64,000 nucleotides of DNA from an uncultured Spirochaetota bacterium (GTDB taxonomy: Bacteria; Spirochaetota; Spirochaetia; SZUA-6; Fen-1364): assembly GCA_963845535.1 (NCBI GenBank), contig CAWJSK010000015.1, positions 352,001 through 416,000 of the forward strand. Reading direction: 5' to 3'. Made by a program: the position numbers and the translations under genes. The notes beneath the pieces were generated by a model, which did no database searches, had not been told where the DNA came from, and was given only the letters and a program-made list of their open reading frames with translations. Shown here one piece after another: positions 52,102 to 62,741 of this stretch. Each line of letters begins with the position of its first letter. Within the stretch, counting starts at the first letter, position 1.

Positions 52102-54023
52102 GCGACCTCCGGGCCTCCGTGAAGGGAGGCTTCTGGGGGAAATACCGCGAGATGATCCGGGAGAAGACCATCCCGTACCAGTGGATGGCCCTGAACGACG
52201 AAATCCCGGGCGCTCCCCGAAGCCATTCTCTGGAGAACTTCCGCATCGCCGCGGGGAGAAGCGGGGGCCAGTATGACGGCATGGTCTTTCAGGACAGCGA
52301 CCTGTACAAATGGCTCGAGGCGGCGGGCCACCTCCTTCGGGATGAAGCCCCCGGGAACGACACCATACGGCGGTGGGCGGAGCAGGCAATCGAGCTCATT
52401 GCAGCGGCACAGCAGCCGGACGGCTACGTCAATACGTACTTCACGGTAAAGGACCCCGCGCACAGATGGAAGAACTTGAGGGAGGCGCACGAGCTGTATT
52501 GCGCCGGGCACCTGATCGAGGCTGCCGTGGCGGTTGCCGGCGGCTCGGGGAACCGGACCATCCTCGAGGTGGCGCGCAGGCTCGCGGACCACATCGACTC
52601 GCGCTTCGGGACGGACAGCGGCAAGACGCGCGGGTACTGCGGCCACGAGGAGGTGGAGCTGGCCCTCGTGAAGCTCTACCGTCTCACCGGGGAGAGGCGT
52701 TACCTGGAGCTGGCGCGGTATTTCATCGAAGAGCGCGGTCGGACGCCGAACTACTTCGAACAGGAGTCGAAGTCTCCTGATTTCGTTCCGATTTTCGGGC
52801 TGCATGACCTGGACTATCTCCAGGCGCGGGTGCCTCCGCGGCAATTGACGGAAGCAAGCGGACATGCCGTGCGCGCCATGTACTTGAGCGTGGCAATGGC
52901 GGACATCGCCCTGGAAACCCAGGACCGGGAGCTTGGCCTCGCGTGCGACAGGCTGTGGGAGAGCGCAACCACCCGAAGGATGTACGTCACCGGAGGCATC
53001 GGCGCTTCAGCCCGCAATGAGGCGTTCGGCGCGGACTTCGATCTTCCCAACGACACGGCCTACGCGGAGACGTGCGCGGCAATCGGGCTTTTCCTGTTCG
53101 GCTCCCGGATGGCCCGCCTGCGCCATGACGCCGGGTACGCGGAGGTCATGGAGCGGGCGCTGTATAACGGGATCTTGAGCGGCCTTGGGCTCGACGGGCA
53201 AAGCTATTTCTACGTGAATCCGCTGTCGGTGCGCCCGGATGCCGCAGAGAAGAACCCCAGTCGCCACTTCGTGAAATACCGCCGCCAGCCGTGGTACGGC
53301 TGCGCCTGCTGTCCGCCGAACATCGCCCGGCTCCTCGCGTCTTTGGGGGAATACGTCTGCCATCTTGGCGACGGCGCGCTCTATGTCGATCTTTTCCATG
53401 ATGGCAGCGTCTCCTGCACAGTGGACGGTCATGCGGTGGCGTTCCGCCAGCAGACAGAGTACCCCTGGTCGGAGGAAGTTGCCCTCGAGTTTACGGCGGA
53501 CGCATCCGTGGAGCTTGACCTGGCCATCCGCATACCCGCCTGGTGCCGCACGCCATCGCTTCGGCTCAACGGGGCCAAGGTCGATCTCCGACGCGCAATG
53601 GAAAAGGGATACGCGCACGTCCCGAGGCGCTGGAGTCGGGGAGACCAGGTGCGGCTTACCCTCCCCATGCCCGCGGAGCGCGTCCACGCGGACCCCCGGG
53701 TCGAAGCCGCGTACGGCAAGGTGGCGGTGCAGAGAGGCCCCGTGGTCTATTGCCTTGAGGAGGCTGATAACGGACCGTTCCTGCACACGGCCGTTCTTCC
53801 CCCCGGAGTACGCCTGGACTCGACGCTCCGTAGTGACATCCTCGGAGGCGTTGTCGTGGTGACGGGGAGGGGACGGGTTTGGGACGGCACGACGCCGCCG
53901 GCCGGGCTCTACGGCATGAACGGCGGAGGAACTCCGCTCGCCTCGAAGGATCTGGTCTTCATTCCCTATTACGCGTGGGCCAACCGGCTGCCAGGTGAGA
54001 TGACGGTATGGGTGCGGGAATGA
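52098..54023 (+). CDS. GH127 beta-L-arabinofuranosidase
   Basis: FQDSDLYKWLEA, HELYCAGHLIEA, GHEEVELAL, GHAVRA, YAETCA and CACCPPN (Zn/Cys) motifs. Confidence 0.95.
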
Positions 54024-54877
54024 ACGGCCTCGAGTTGGGGCAGGCCGCTGCTCTCGAGCCCACGGGTTCGCTCTTCGTTCCCGCGGGCTCCTTGGAGACA
54101 AGGACGCTCAGGCTTACCGACTCCTACCTCTTTGTGTTTGTCGCTCGGGGCGACATTGCGGTGGCCTCGGAGAAGTCCGTCACGGCGCTTTCGGCGCGGG
54201 AGGCGACGCTCCTGCACTGTGAGGCGCCGCGGACCATCGTGTTCCACCGCGGGGCAGGCGCCGAGTTTTACGCGCTGAAGTTCAAGGCTGCTCCCCACGG
54301 AGCCAGGGCTGCCGCCCGCCCGCTCACCGTCCCGGCGCGGGGAACGGTTGCCTGCCCCGAAAGGCTCACGGACCTGCTGCGCCGCTACATGACCGAGCAA
54401 CGGCGGCGCCGGTCGACGCCGTGGGCGCTGTACAACCTGCTTGTGCTCATTCTCTGCGAGTTCGCCTCCGCGGCGGGAGGATCCCTCGAGGCCCGGCCCG
54501 TCAGCTCGGGGCTCGAGACGATAGCCTCCATGGTGGACGCGCATATCGCAGCCCACTACCGGGAGCCCATCTGCACCCACGACATTGCGCGTGAGCTGCG
54601 CTACAGCCCCGGCTACCTGGAGAGGGCGTACCGTCGGGAGAGGGGGATCTCCGTGCGGAGCGCCATCCACCTCCGGCGCATCCGCGAGGCGCGCGCGCAG
54701 CTCCTCCTTCAGCGCGAGGTGCGCGTGTCGGAGATAGCAGCCCAGTGCGGCTACGGGGACGCGGCGTACTTCCGCCGCGTCTTCAAGCGGACCACCAACA
54801 TGACCCCCGTCCGTTTCCGCACCATCAATTCCGCCAATTCCGCGCGCGCCGCCGGCGGCCTTACGCGGGCGGGATGA
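54020..54877 (+). CDS. AraC family transcriptional regulator 1
   Basis: Cupin-like N-terminus; C-terminal YLER.Y and EIAAQCGY.DAAYFRRVFKR..MTP..FR. Confidence 0.9.
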   Translation: MNGLELGQAAALEPTGSLFVPAGSLETRTLRLTDSYLFVFVARGDIAVASEKSVTALSAREATLLHCEAPRTIVFHRGAGAEFYALKFKAAPHGARAAARPLTVPARGTVACPERLTDLLRRYMTEQRRRRSTPWALYNLLVLILCEFASAAGGSLEARPVSSGLETIASMVDAHIAAHYREPICTHDIARELRYSPGYLERAYRRERGISVRSAIHLRRIREARAQLLLQREVRVSEIAAQCGYGDAAYFRRVFKRTTNMTPVRFRTINSANSARAAGGLTRAG

Positions 54878-54890
54878 GCCGGGAGGCCGC

Positions 54891-55736
54891 GTGAGCGCAA
54901 CCGACGGGCGGTTTCGGTTCGTCCTTTCCAACGGGATCGAGGCCCTGAATGGAGGGCTTTTCGTGTCCCCCGGTTTCGGAATCCATCCCACGCGCGTCAT
55001 AGATTCTCATGAGCTGATCTTCGTGGCACAGGGCAGCCTCGACATGTTCGAAGAGAACGACAACCTTCACGCGGCTGCCAACCAGGCGCTCCTGCTTTTC
55101 CCGGGCCACAGGCACGGAGGACGTCTTCCCTACGCCCCTGACCTCCACTTCTACTGGGTCCATTTCCGCGTTCATGAGACCTCCGCGCCCCGCTCCACCA
55201 TGCGGGTGCCGCGCGTGGCGGACGTCCGCGACCCCGAGCTGCTGACGGAGATGTTCTGCCGTTTCATCTCGGACCAGGAGTCGGGAATCCTGGACCCGGT
55301 GAGCGCGGCCCACCTCGTGGCCTTGATGCTCGTTGAAGCGAGCGTCCTGGAGCGGGAATGGATGCCTCGGGCAGCCGCCCGGGCCCGGGAGCAAGCGCCC
55401 CTTGCCCATGAGATCCAGGCCTATATCGACAGGAACTTCCGGGAGCCCATCACCACCTCATCCATTGCGCGGGACTTCCGCCGCAGCGCCGACTACCTGG
55501 AGCGGGTGTTCCGCCGGCATCGCGACACATCCATCCTCGGAGCGGTGCATCTCAAGCGGATTGCCGTTGCGCGGGTCATGCTGCGCACGGAAGGCCGCAA
55601 GAACATCAATGAGATCGCCTTTGCCTGCGGATATTCCGATCCCGGGTATTTCCGCCGGATGTTCAAGCGGCTGACCGGCCTCTCCCCGAAAAAGTTCCGC
55701 TCCTTGTACAGCCGGATGCACATCAACGCCCACTGA
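54891..55736 (+). CDS. AraC family transcriptional regulator 2
   Basis: HPTRVIDSHELIFV, FYWVHF and EIAFACGYSDPGYFRRMFKR.TGLSP motifs. Confidence 0.93.
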   Translation: MSATDGRFRFVLSNGIEALNGGLFVSPGFGIHPTRVIDSHELIFVAQGSLDMFEENDNLHAAANQALLLFPGHRHGGRLPYAPDLHFYWVHFRVHETSAPRSTMRVPRVADVRDPELLTEMFCRFISDQESGILDPVSAAHLVALMLVEASVLEREWMPRAAARAREQAPLAHEIQAYIDRNFREPITTSSIARDFRRSADYLERVFRRHRDTSILGAVHLKRIAVARVMLRTEGRKNINEIAFACGYSDPGYFRRMFKRLTGLSPKKFRSLYSRMHINAH

Positions 55737-55772
55737 TGGTCCTCGGGCGCGCAACGGTGTACAGTCGAGCCC

Positions 55773-57135
55773 GTGGACCGGAAAAGCGTTGACCACCGAA
55801 GTGACCTCGTGACAATTGCCCGGGCGTCCCTGGCCGCGGTGGACCCGCGCGCAATCGTCGCGCGGAGCCTGCGAGTCGAGGGCAACTTCGTGCGCATCAG
55901 CGTCGCCGGCGCCGCTCGTGACTTCGACCTCTCAGGGTTTTCGAATGTTTTCGTTCTGGGCTTCGGAAAAGCAGACCGGGCTCATGGCGCAGGCGGCGGA
56001 AGACGCGCTGGGGTCTCGAATAACGAAGGGACTGATCGTCGTCAAGCCCGGTCAGGAAGCGCCGCTCCAGAGGATTCGACAGGTCTGCGGCGGACACCCG
56101 GTGCCGGATGAAAACAGCGTGCGCGCCGCGCGGATGATGGCGGACCTGGCAGGCGAAGCGGATGCTCGAACGCTCGTCATCACACTGATCTCAGGAGGCG
56201 GTTCCTCCCTTCTTGGCTCGCCCCGCGGAGCGGGCGTAACGCTGGCCGACATCCAGGAGACCAACCGGCAACTCCTGTCATGCGGGGCCGAGATCGCTGA
56301 AATCAACTGCATCCGCAAGCACCTCCTCCTGCTTGCCGGCGGCGGGTTGTCACGGCGCATCTGGCCGGCCACGTCCGCCAACATCGTTCTCTCCGATGTG
56401 GTGGGGGACGACCTCCCGACGGTTGCTTCCGGGCCGACCTGCCCTGACGCGACGACATACGGGCAGGCCCTTTCCATCATTGAACGTTACGGGATCTCCG
56501 CGGCTCTTCCGAGCGCGGTCCGTGAGCATCTTCAGGCGGGCAAAGAAGGGAAGATTCCTGAAACCCCGAAGCCGGGAACCGCGGAGCTCTCCTCCTCTTT
56601 CAACTTCCTGGCGGGCACAAACCTGCTTGCGCTGGAAGCCGCCGCTGCAGAGGCGAAGCGCCTCGGGTACAACTCCCTCGTTCTGACCTCGCGCCTTGCT
56701 GGCGAGGCGAGGGAGGCCGCGCGCGTGTTGGCCGCCATTGCCGGGAACGTGGCGGCCTCGGGCGTTCCCTGCCCCCGTCCCGCGTGCCTGCTGAGCGGCG
56801 GTGAAACCACCGTGACCGTTCGGGGCGGCGGGAAGGGCGGGAGGAACCAGGAGCTGGCGCTGGCGTTTCTTCTCGAGATGGAGAAGGATCCGACCCTGTT
56901 TGCTGACGCTTCTCTCCTTTCATTTTCAACCGATGGCGAAGACGGTCCGACCGACGCGGCCGGCGGCTTTGCGTTTCCTTCGATGGTCGGGGAAGCTTGC
57001 GCCGGGCATCTCGACGTTGCCGACGCCCTTCGGCAAAATGATTCCAACACACTCCTTGAGAAGCTCGGCGGCCTGTTCACAACGGGCCCTACGGGCACGA
57101 ACGTCTGCGACCTGCAGATCGTATTGATTCGCTGA
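55773..57135 (+). CDS. Glycerate 2-kinase family (TtuD/MOFRL), frameshift at ~55971-55975
   Basis: GFGKA in the first ORF; GHPVPD, LISGGGS, SDVVGD, ASGPT, GGETTV, GGRNQE, TDGEDG and TGTNVCD in the second. Confidence 0.9.
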
Positions 57136-57173
57136 CCGCCCAAGGAAACCGCAAAGCCGCGAGGAGCGACCCC

Positions 57174-58379
57174 CTAAAAGACCTGGAAGGTGTTCTTTCC
57201 CTCCGCCTTTGCGCGGTACATGGCGAGGTCGGCGTTCTGGATGAGGACGTCGGGATCCGCGGTGTCCTCCGCAAGCATCGAGATGCCAATGCTGGAGGTG
57301 ACCCGTACCTCGTTCTGTCCAACCGTCACCGGCTGCGAAATCCGATCCAGGAGCTTCCGCGCAATGGGGCCAACCGACTCGGTGTCCTGAAGGCTTCCGA
57401 GGATGACCGTGAACTCATCCCCGCCCAGCCGGGCCACGACGTCCGTCTCCCGCACGGTACATCGTATTCTTTTTCCGATCTCCTGCAGGAGCTGGTCACC
57501 GGCCTGATGACCAAAGGTGTCGTTCACTTCCTTGAAGGAGTCCAGGTCGATGAACATCACCCCGACCCCCTCGTTCCTCCGCCGTGCGCTCTTGAGCGCG
57601 CGCCCGAGAAGGTCATGGAATTGGCGACGGTTTGCGAGCCCGGTCAGGCTGTCGAAATGAGCCATGTGGTAGAGCTGCTCATCCGATTTCTTCATGGGCG
57701 TGATGTCGGAGAAGATGGCCACGAACCTGCGGATCTCTCCACGTTCGTCCGCCACCGGGCTGACGGACAGCCACTTCGGATAGACGGTCCCGTTTTTCCT
57801 GCGGTCCCACACCTCGCCGCGCCAGCTCCCGCGGATCCTCACGATTTCCCAGATTCCCTCGTAGAAACCGGTTTCCTGCGGGCCCGTGTGGAGGCTCATC
57901 ACCGGTTCCCCCAGGACCTCCTCCCGACCGTAGCCCGTGATTGCGGAGAAAGCCCTGTTGATCTCGATGATGCGGAAGTCTGTGTCGGTGATCATGATCC
58001 CTTCGGTGGTGTTGTCGATGACCTGTGCGTTCAACCGGAGCTTCTCTTCCACGTGCCGCCGTCTCGTCACGTCCATCCCGTACACGTTGATGCATCCGCT
58101 TCCGCCATCGATGGCGACGATGTGGAGAAGCAGCGTCTTGACGCCAATGGTGATCTCCACCTCTTTCTCCCGCCGGCTTTCGAGGACGTGCTGAATGATG
58201 TCCTTCCATTCCAGGGGTATGATGTCACCGATCTTTGTCTTCCAATACTCCATGAGCAGCCAGCTTCCCTTGTTCGCATACAGGAGCTTCCCGTCATGGG
58301 AGACGCAGAGGACAGGATTAGGGTTCTCCTCGAGGACCATCTGCATGAATTGGACGTGCTCGTCCTGCTCATTCTCCAT
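57174..58379 (-). CDS. PAS-PAS-GGDEF diguanylate cyclase (soluble)
   Basis: NPNPV PAS, ITGY...W.GEVW.RRKNG PAS/PAC, DSLTGLANR, DLDSFKEVND.FGH, RETD I-site and an intact GGDEF. Confidence 0.93.
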   Translation of the reverse strand: MENEQDEHVQFMQMVLEENPNPVLCVSHDGKLLYANKGSWLLMEYWKTKIGDIIPLEWKDIIQHVLESRREKEVEITIGVKTLLLHIVAIDGGSGCINVYGMDVTRRRHVEEKLRLNAQVIDNTTEGIMITDTDFRIIEINRAFSAITGYGREEVLGEPVMSLHTGPQETGFYEGIWEIVRIRGSWRGEVWDRRKNGTVYPKWLSVSPVADERGEIRRFVAIFSDITPMKKSDEQLYHMAHFDSLTGLANRRQFHDLLGRALKSARRRNEGVGVMFIDLDSFKEVNDTFGHQAGDQLLQEIGKRIRCTVRETDVVARLGGDEFTVILGSLQDTESVGPIARKLLDRISQPVTVGQNEVRVTSSIGISMLAEDTADPDVLIQNADLAMYRAKAEGKNTFQVF

Positions 58380-58687
58380 TGGGTATTTTTCTCCCCGAGG
58401 GAATAATAACGGCTTTGACAGAATGCAGGGAATATATATACCGAAAAATGACTGAATATTTACAACGTAACTTAAGCAAAAATGACAATTCTCTACAATT
58501 CTGGAGGCCCTGCCCGAGAGGGCCTTGCCGACGCAGATCCACCCCTTCGACCCGCTCGTTCCCGCGGATGCGTGAGACGACGTGGCGGAGGTAGAGAGGA
58601 ATGGCGGAGGCGCACGCCGTTCTTGCACGCCGACTCCACGCGGTTACGCTTGACTCCTCCAGCCCGGGAGCAGCATTTTTGCACATT

Positions 58688-59083
58688 ATGGAAGATATTG
58701 GGAAACTCATCCTCCGCCTGACCACCGCGGGACTGATCCTGTTCCACGGGACAGCCAAGATCATTCACGGGGTCTCGTTCATCGGCGGGGCGCTTGCCTC
58801 GCACGGCGTTCCGTCTTTCATTGCCTACCTTGTGTACGCCGGCGAGGTCATTGCCCCGCTGTTCATCATCGTCGGCCTCTGGACGAGGGTCGCCTCCCTG
58901 GTGGTGATCATCAACATGATCGTGGCAATTGCGCTGGAAGCCTACCGGAATACCCTGGTGATCCGGCAGACCGGTGCCTGGGGGCTGGAGACGGAAGCGT
59001 TCTATCTGCTGACGGCTCTCGTCATTTTCCTTATTGGCGCCGGGAAATACAGCGTGATGCAGGAAAAAGGCTCCCTGATGTAG
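58688..59083 (+). CDS. DoxX family membrane protein
   Basis: LILRL..G..LFHG..K, GEVIAP..GLWTR and GAGKYS motifs. Confidence 0.88.
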   Translation: MEDIGKLILRLTTAGLILFHGTAKIIHGVSFIGGALASHGVPSFIAYLVYAGEVIAPLFIIVGLWTRVASLVVIINMIVAIALEAYRNTLVIRQTGAWGLETEAFYLLTALVIFLIGAGKYSVMQEKGSLM

Positions 59084-59097
59084 ATCGCGCCCCGGGC

Positions 59098-60663
59098 TCA
59101 CACGAACTGCGCCGAGGTCTGCCGATATTGCTCGGGGTCGAGGAGATGCTCCATGAGCTTCATCCTCTGGCGTACGTCGTCTTCGAGCTTCGTCTCCTTG
59201 CCGACGAACATGACGATGAAGTCATCCTGAAAAAGCATCCCGGTGGTGAAGCAGACGGTGGCCGCGGCGCTGAGGGCTTCGGCAACCGTCTTGCCCGCCA
59301 GGGAAGTTCCCGCCCGGAAGCGTTCATTCTCATGAGGGAGGGAAAATGCCTTGCCGCGAAGAACGATGGGCTGAAGCGCCTCGATGGTTTCCGCCGCCTG
59401 GCCCGCGGGGAGCTTGCTGGGGCTCACTCGCAAGGACAGCACCTTCGATATCGTCTGGCCGACATCCACGAGGCATCCGACGCTCTCACCAATGAGGTCC
59501 GTCACCTCTCCCTCGTTCCCCGCGGCTTCGAGCCTCGCGCTTTTCAGGTGCAGATAGCGGTGGAGGGGGAATCGGGTGAGGTGAAATACGTCTTTTTCCA
59601 GTTTTCCCGCCAGAGTTCGAAGCCGTGTGAGCTCCAGCTCGAAGAACGAGCGCGCGAAGACGGTGGCCCTTCCCTCCGAGAGCAGGCATGATCCTCCCAA
59701 GAGCGGGGAAAAGGTCCGGTCGAAGCCGCGGATGAGCCGCGAGAGGAAAGGCACGAGGTTTTCCTGGTCCGCGTCGAAGTCAAGCGGCTCGCGCGACTCT
59801 CCCGCCTTGTAGATCTCCCAAAGCGCCGCAGCCACGGGCCGTGCCTGATCATCCACGGCGATATACCGATTGACCCGGCGCGCCTCCTGCAGCTGGCCAT
59901 GCAGCTCCTTCATCGAGGAAAGGGCGTCGGAAAGGTACGCTTCAATACGCTCCTGCACGCGGGGCTCGCAGTCGAAGCCGATAATGTCCACCGTCTCCCC
60001 GAGCCCCTGCCGCATGAGGTCGTGGAGAGAGAGGAACCGGCGGTGCTTGAAGATGTTGAAGCCGATCAGGCAGTTGTGCAGCGAGGGCAGCGTGCAGTCC
60101 TCCGTCAGGAGACGGATGACCAGCGCGTGCGACGAATCCACCTCTCCTTGTCCTTCCTGTTGCTTCTCATGGTGGGCGCGCAGCGCGGAGAGGATCACGC
60201 CAAGGTTCTCCGGGTCCTGCTGCAGCAGCAGAAAGAGGCTCTCGATGCGCCGGAGCCTGTCGATAAGGTTCCTGTCCCGCAGGTTGAGCCGCGCGAAATC
60301 AAAGGCCTGAAGCCGGCTGCACAGTTTCGACAGGAGCGCAATGAGATTGTACTGCCGGGGGGTCAGGTAGAGCCAGCCGTTTTCCAGCACGGGGGCAAGG
60401 CGGGAGGAAAGCTCCACTGCCCAGGGTTGGACCTGCCGGGACAGGAACGCCGTGAGCTGCGCGTCGAGAGTCATCCCCGGAGGCCAGAGACCCGCGGCAA
60501 GGACGTGGGTGCGGGAGCCGAACTCCCTCACCTTTCCGCGTTCCCGCAGGAGGTATGCCACGTAGGACCGTGTCTCGATTGCAGGCTTGATTGCGCGGCT
60601 CACGCGGCTCACGTGGGTTCGGGCCGCGAGGTATCTTCCCTCCGATGAGCCGCTGTCACTCAC
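59098..60663 (-). CDS. Hypothetical protein (helical, 521 aa)
   Basis: Long ORF with normal codon usage filling the gap; no recognisable motif. Confidence 0.75.
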   Translation of the reverse strand: MSDSGSSEGRYLAARTHVSRVSRAIKPAIETRSYVAYLLRERGKVREFGSRTHVLAAGLWPPGMTLDAQLTAFLSRQVQPWAVELSSRLAPVLENGWLYLTPRQYNLIALLSKLCSRLQAFDFARLNLRDRNLIDRLRRIESLFLLLQQDPENLGVILSALRAHHEKQQEGQGEVDSSHALVIRLLTEDCTLPSLHNCLIGFNIFKHRRFLSLHDLMRQGLGETVDIIGFDCEPRVQERIEAYLSDALSSMKELHGQLQEARRVNRYIAVDDQARPVAAALWEIYKAGESREPLDFDADQENLVPFLSRLIRGFDRTFSPLLGGSCLLSEGRATVFARSFFELELTRLRTLAGKLEKDVFHLTRFPLHRYLHLKSARLEAAGNEGEVTDLIGESVGCLVDVGQTISKVLSLRVSPSKLPAGQAAETIEALQPIVLRGKAFSLPHENERFRAGTSLAGKTVAEALSAAATVCFTTGMLFQDDFIVMFVGKETKLEDDVRQRMKLMEHLLDPEQYRQTSAQFV

Positions 60664-60694
60664 GTGTGTCAGCCCGCGTCCGGCCCGCGCCTGT

Positions 60695-60850
60695 CTACGG
60701 CTTCAGGTCGGGATTGCCCGGGCCGAAGTGCTTCGCCGCGTTTTCCGTCACGCCGGGAATGCAGAATGACCGAGGCACCCAGTTCGGAGCCAGCCGCAGG
60801 ATGCCTTTGCTTTGCTCGAGAGCTTTTTGAACTGTCGATGTGACCGACAT
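60695..60850 (-). pseudogene. 51-aa remnant of a cupin/phosphosugar-isomerase-like gene with in-frame internal deletions
   Basis: ATG 60850 with a purine-rich SD, in operon position after the transketolase. ALEQSKGILRLAPNWVPRSFCIPG and KHFGPGNPDL match, from memory, the two termini of a ~400-aa conserved protein found in such clusters. Confidence 0.65.
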
Positions 60851-60875
60851 GGCGTCCCCCCTGTCGGAGCTTACA

Positions 60876-61844
60876 CTACTGGAAAGCCCGGCGCGCGTCC
60901 AGTTGCGCAAGGAACTCCCGTACCGTTTTTGCGATTGATGGTCCGGTGATTCCATAGTGGGCGAACAGCTCCGCGGAGCTGCCCGCGGGGACGAACTCGT
61001 CAGGGAACGCGATCATCTTCATGGGAACGGGCCGGCTCTGGACAACGATCTCCGCCACGGCCGCCCCCAACCCGCCGTGGATGCCGTGCTCCTCAACGGT
61101 GACGATGCTTCCGGTCTCTTTCGCCGCCGCAACCACCGCCTCGGAGTCGATTGGTTTCAACGTGGGCATGTCGAGGAGCCGCGCTTTCACCCCAGCGCGC
61201 GCAAGCTCGTCCGCTGCTTTCAGCGCGTGGAAGACAGCCTCCCCGGCGGCAATGATCGTGCAGTCTCTTCCTTCGCGGAGCAGACCGGCTTTCCCGAAAG
61301 CAAAGCAGGCAGAGCCGTCCGCATAAACGTCCGGAACCGGGGTGCGTCCGACCCTCATATAGGCGGGTCCGTCATGCACGGCAAGGAACCGTGTGACCTC
61401 CCTTGTCTGCGCGTTGTCACACGGGAGGAGCACGGTGAGGTTCGGGATGGCCCGCATGAACGCAATGTCATGGAGGGAATGATGCGTGCTCCCCAGCGCG
61501 CCGTAGCTCACTCCGCCGCTCACGCCAATGATCTTCACGTTGGAGTTGGCGTAGGCAACGTCATTCTTGACCTGTTCGATGGCCCGGGCCGAATAGAAAG
61601 AAGCGGGGCCGCACACGAACGGGCGTTTGCCGCTACGCGCCAGCCCGGCTGAAACGCCAACGGTGTTCTGCTCCGCGATCCCCAGCTCGAGGAACTGCCG
61701 CGGCAGGCTCTTTTCAAAATCCCCCAGCGTCACGGAGCCCTTTGCGTCGGAGGTCACGGCCATGATGCGCGCGTCCTTGCGCGCCATCTCCAGCAGCGTT
61801 TCCGTGAAGGCGTGCCTGCAGCTTTTTCCCGGCGCACTCGACAT
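60876..61844 (-). CDS. Transketolase C-terminal subunit (apulose-4-phosphate transketolase AptB-like)
   Basis: TSDAKGSVTL, GIAEQ, GVSYGALGSTHHSLHD, TLKPID and TVEEH..GGLG motifs. Confidence 0.93.
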   Translation of the reverse strand: MSSAPGKSCRHAFTETLLEMARKDARIMAVTSDAKGSVTLGDFEKSLPRQFLELGIAEQNTVGVSAGLARSGKRPFVCGPASFYSARAIEQVKNDVAYANSNVKIIGVSGGVSYGALGSTHHSLHDIAFMRAIPNLTVLLPCDNAQTREVTRFLAVHDGPAYMRVGRTPVPDVYADGSACFAFGKAGLLREGRDCTIIAAGEAVFHALKAADELARAGVKARLLDMPTLKPIDSEAVVAAAKETGSIVTVEEHGIHGGLGAAVAEIVVQSRPVPMKMIAFPDEFVPAGSSAELFAHYGITGPSIAKTVREFLAQLDARRAFQ

Positions 61845-61847
61845 GGC

Positions 61848-62690
61848 TTACCGGCCTCCCGCCAGGGATGCGGCAAGCTCGGCCTGCGCCTTTGCATATT
61901 CCTCCGGGGTGGGCACTCGGTGATGCCACGCCGCGTTGTTTTCCATGAACGAAACCCCCTTGCCCTTGACGGTGTGGGCAATCACAAGGTGCGGCTTCTC
62001 GGGATCATCGGGGAGCCGGTCAAAAAGCCGCGTAAGCGCCAGGATGTCATTCCCGTCCACCTCGTGGATTTTCCAGCCGAAGCTCGACCATCGCTCGCTC
62101 AGGGAGGCAATGCGCATGATGGAGTCAACGTTCCCGCTGATCTGCAGGTTGTTGTTGTCGATGATGCCGATGAGGTTGCCGAGGCGGTAGTGGGAAGCCG
62201 CCATGGCGGCCTCCCAGACGCTTCCTTCCGCCTGCTCTCCGTCCCCCATGAGGACGTAGACCTTGTAGGCGGCCCCATCCCGCGCGCCCGCAATCGCCAT
62301 CCCGACGCCCACCGACAATCCGTGCCCCAGCGCGCCGGTGGGGATCTCAACGCCGGGAGTCTTCATTGTGGGATGCCCGAAGAGGCGGGAATTGAACTTG
62401 CCGTAGGTGTCCAGCTCTTTGTCGGGAAAGTAGCCGGCCTCCGCGAGCACGCAGTAGTAGCCTTCCACGCTGTGGCCCTTGCTCATGACAAAGCGGTCAC
62501 GCTCCGGCCACAAAGGGTCCTCCGGGTGGTGCTTCATGACGTGAAAATAGAGCGTGACAAGAATGTCCAGGGACGAAAGGGAGCCGCCCGTGTGGCCTCC
62601 GCCCGCGCCGTAGATGATTTCAAGGAGCCTCTGCCTCAGCGTGACCGAGAGGCGTCGAAGGTCTTTCACGGATTTCTTCTCTTCCTTCAA
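61848..62690 (-). CDS. Transketolase N-terminal (TPP-binding) subunit (AptA-like)
   Basis: GGHTGGSLS, RDRFVMSKGH, TGALGHGL, GDGE..EGS.WEA and T.KGKG.SFME...WH motifs. Confidence 0.93.
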   Translation of the reverse strand: MKEEKKSVKDLRRLSVTLRQRLLEIIYGAGGGHTGGSLSSLDILVTLYFHVMKHHPEDPLWPERDRFVMSKGHSVEGYYCVLAEAGYFPDKELDTYGKFNSRLFGHPTMKTPGVEIPTGALGHGLSVGVGMAIAGARDGAAYKVYVLMGDGEQAEGSVWEAAMAASHYRLGNLIGIIDNNNLQISGNVDSIMRIASLSERWSSFGWKIHEVDGNDILALTRLFDRLPDDPEKPHLVIAHTVKGKGVSFMENNAAWHHRVPTPEEYAKAQAELAASLAGGR

Positions 62691-62696
62691 TACATT

Positions 62697-62736
62697 GGGG
62701 CGATCCGGGGAAGAGGGTCCTCCCCGGACTGCGCCC
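62697..62736 (-). other. Intercistronic stem-loop after the binding-protein gene
   Basis: TCCGGGGA(62704-11)...TCCCCGGA(62721-28), extended by GGGCG/CGCCC. Confidence 0.55.
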
Positions 62737-62741
62737 GTGGA

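Noticed and set aside
58380..58687. Long N-terminal extensions of the GGDEF (to 58628) and DoxX (from 58601) ORFs
   Set aside because: They cross AT-rich intergenic DNA and overlap each other; the domains start at 58379 and 58688
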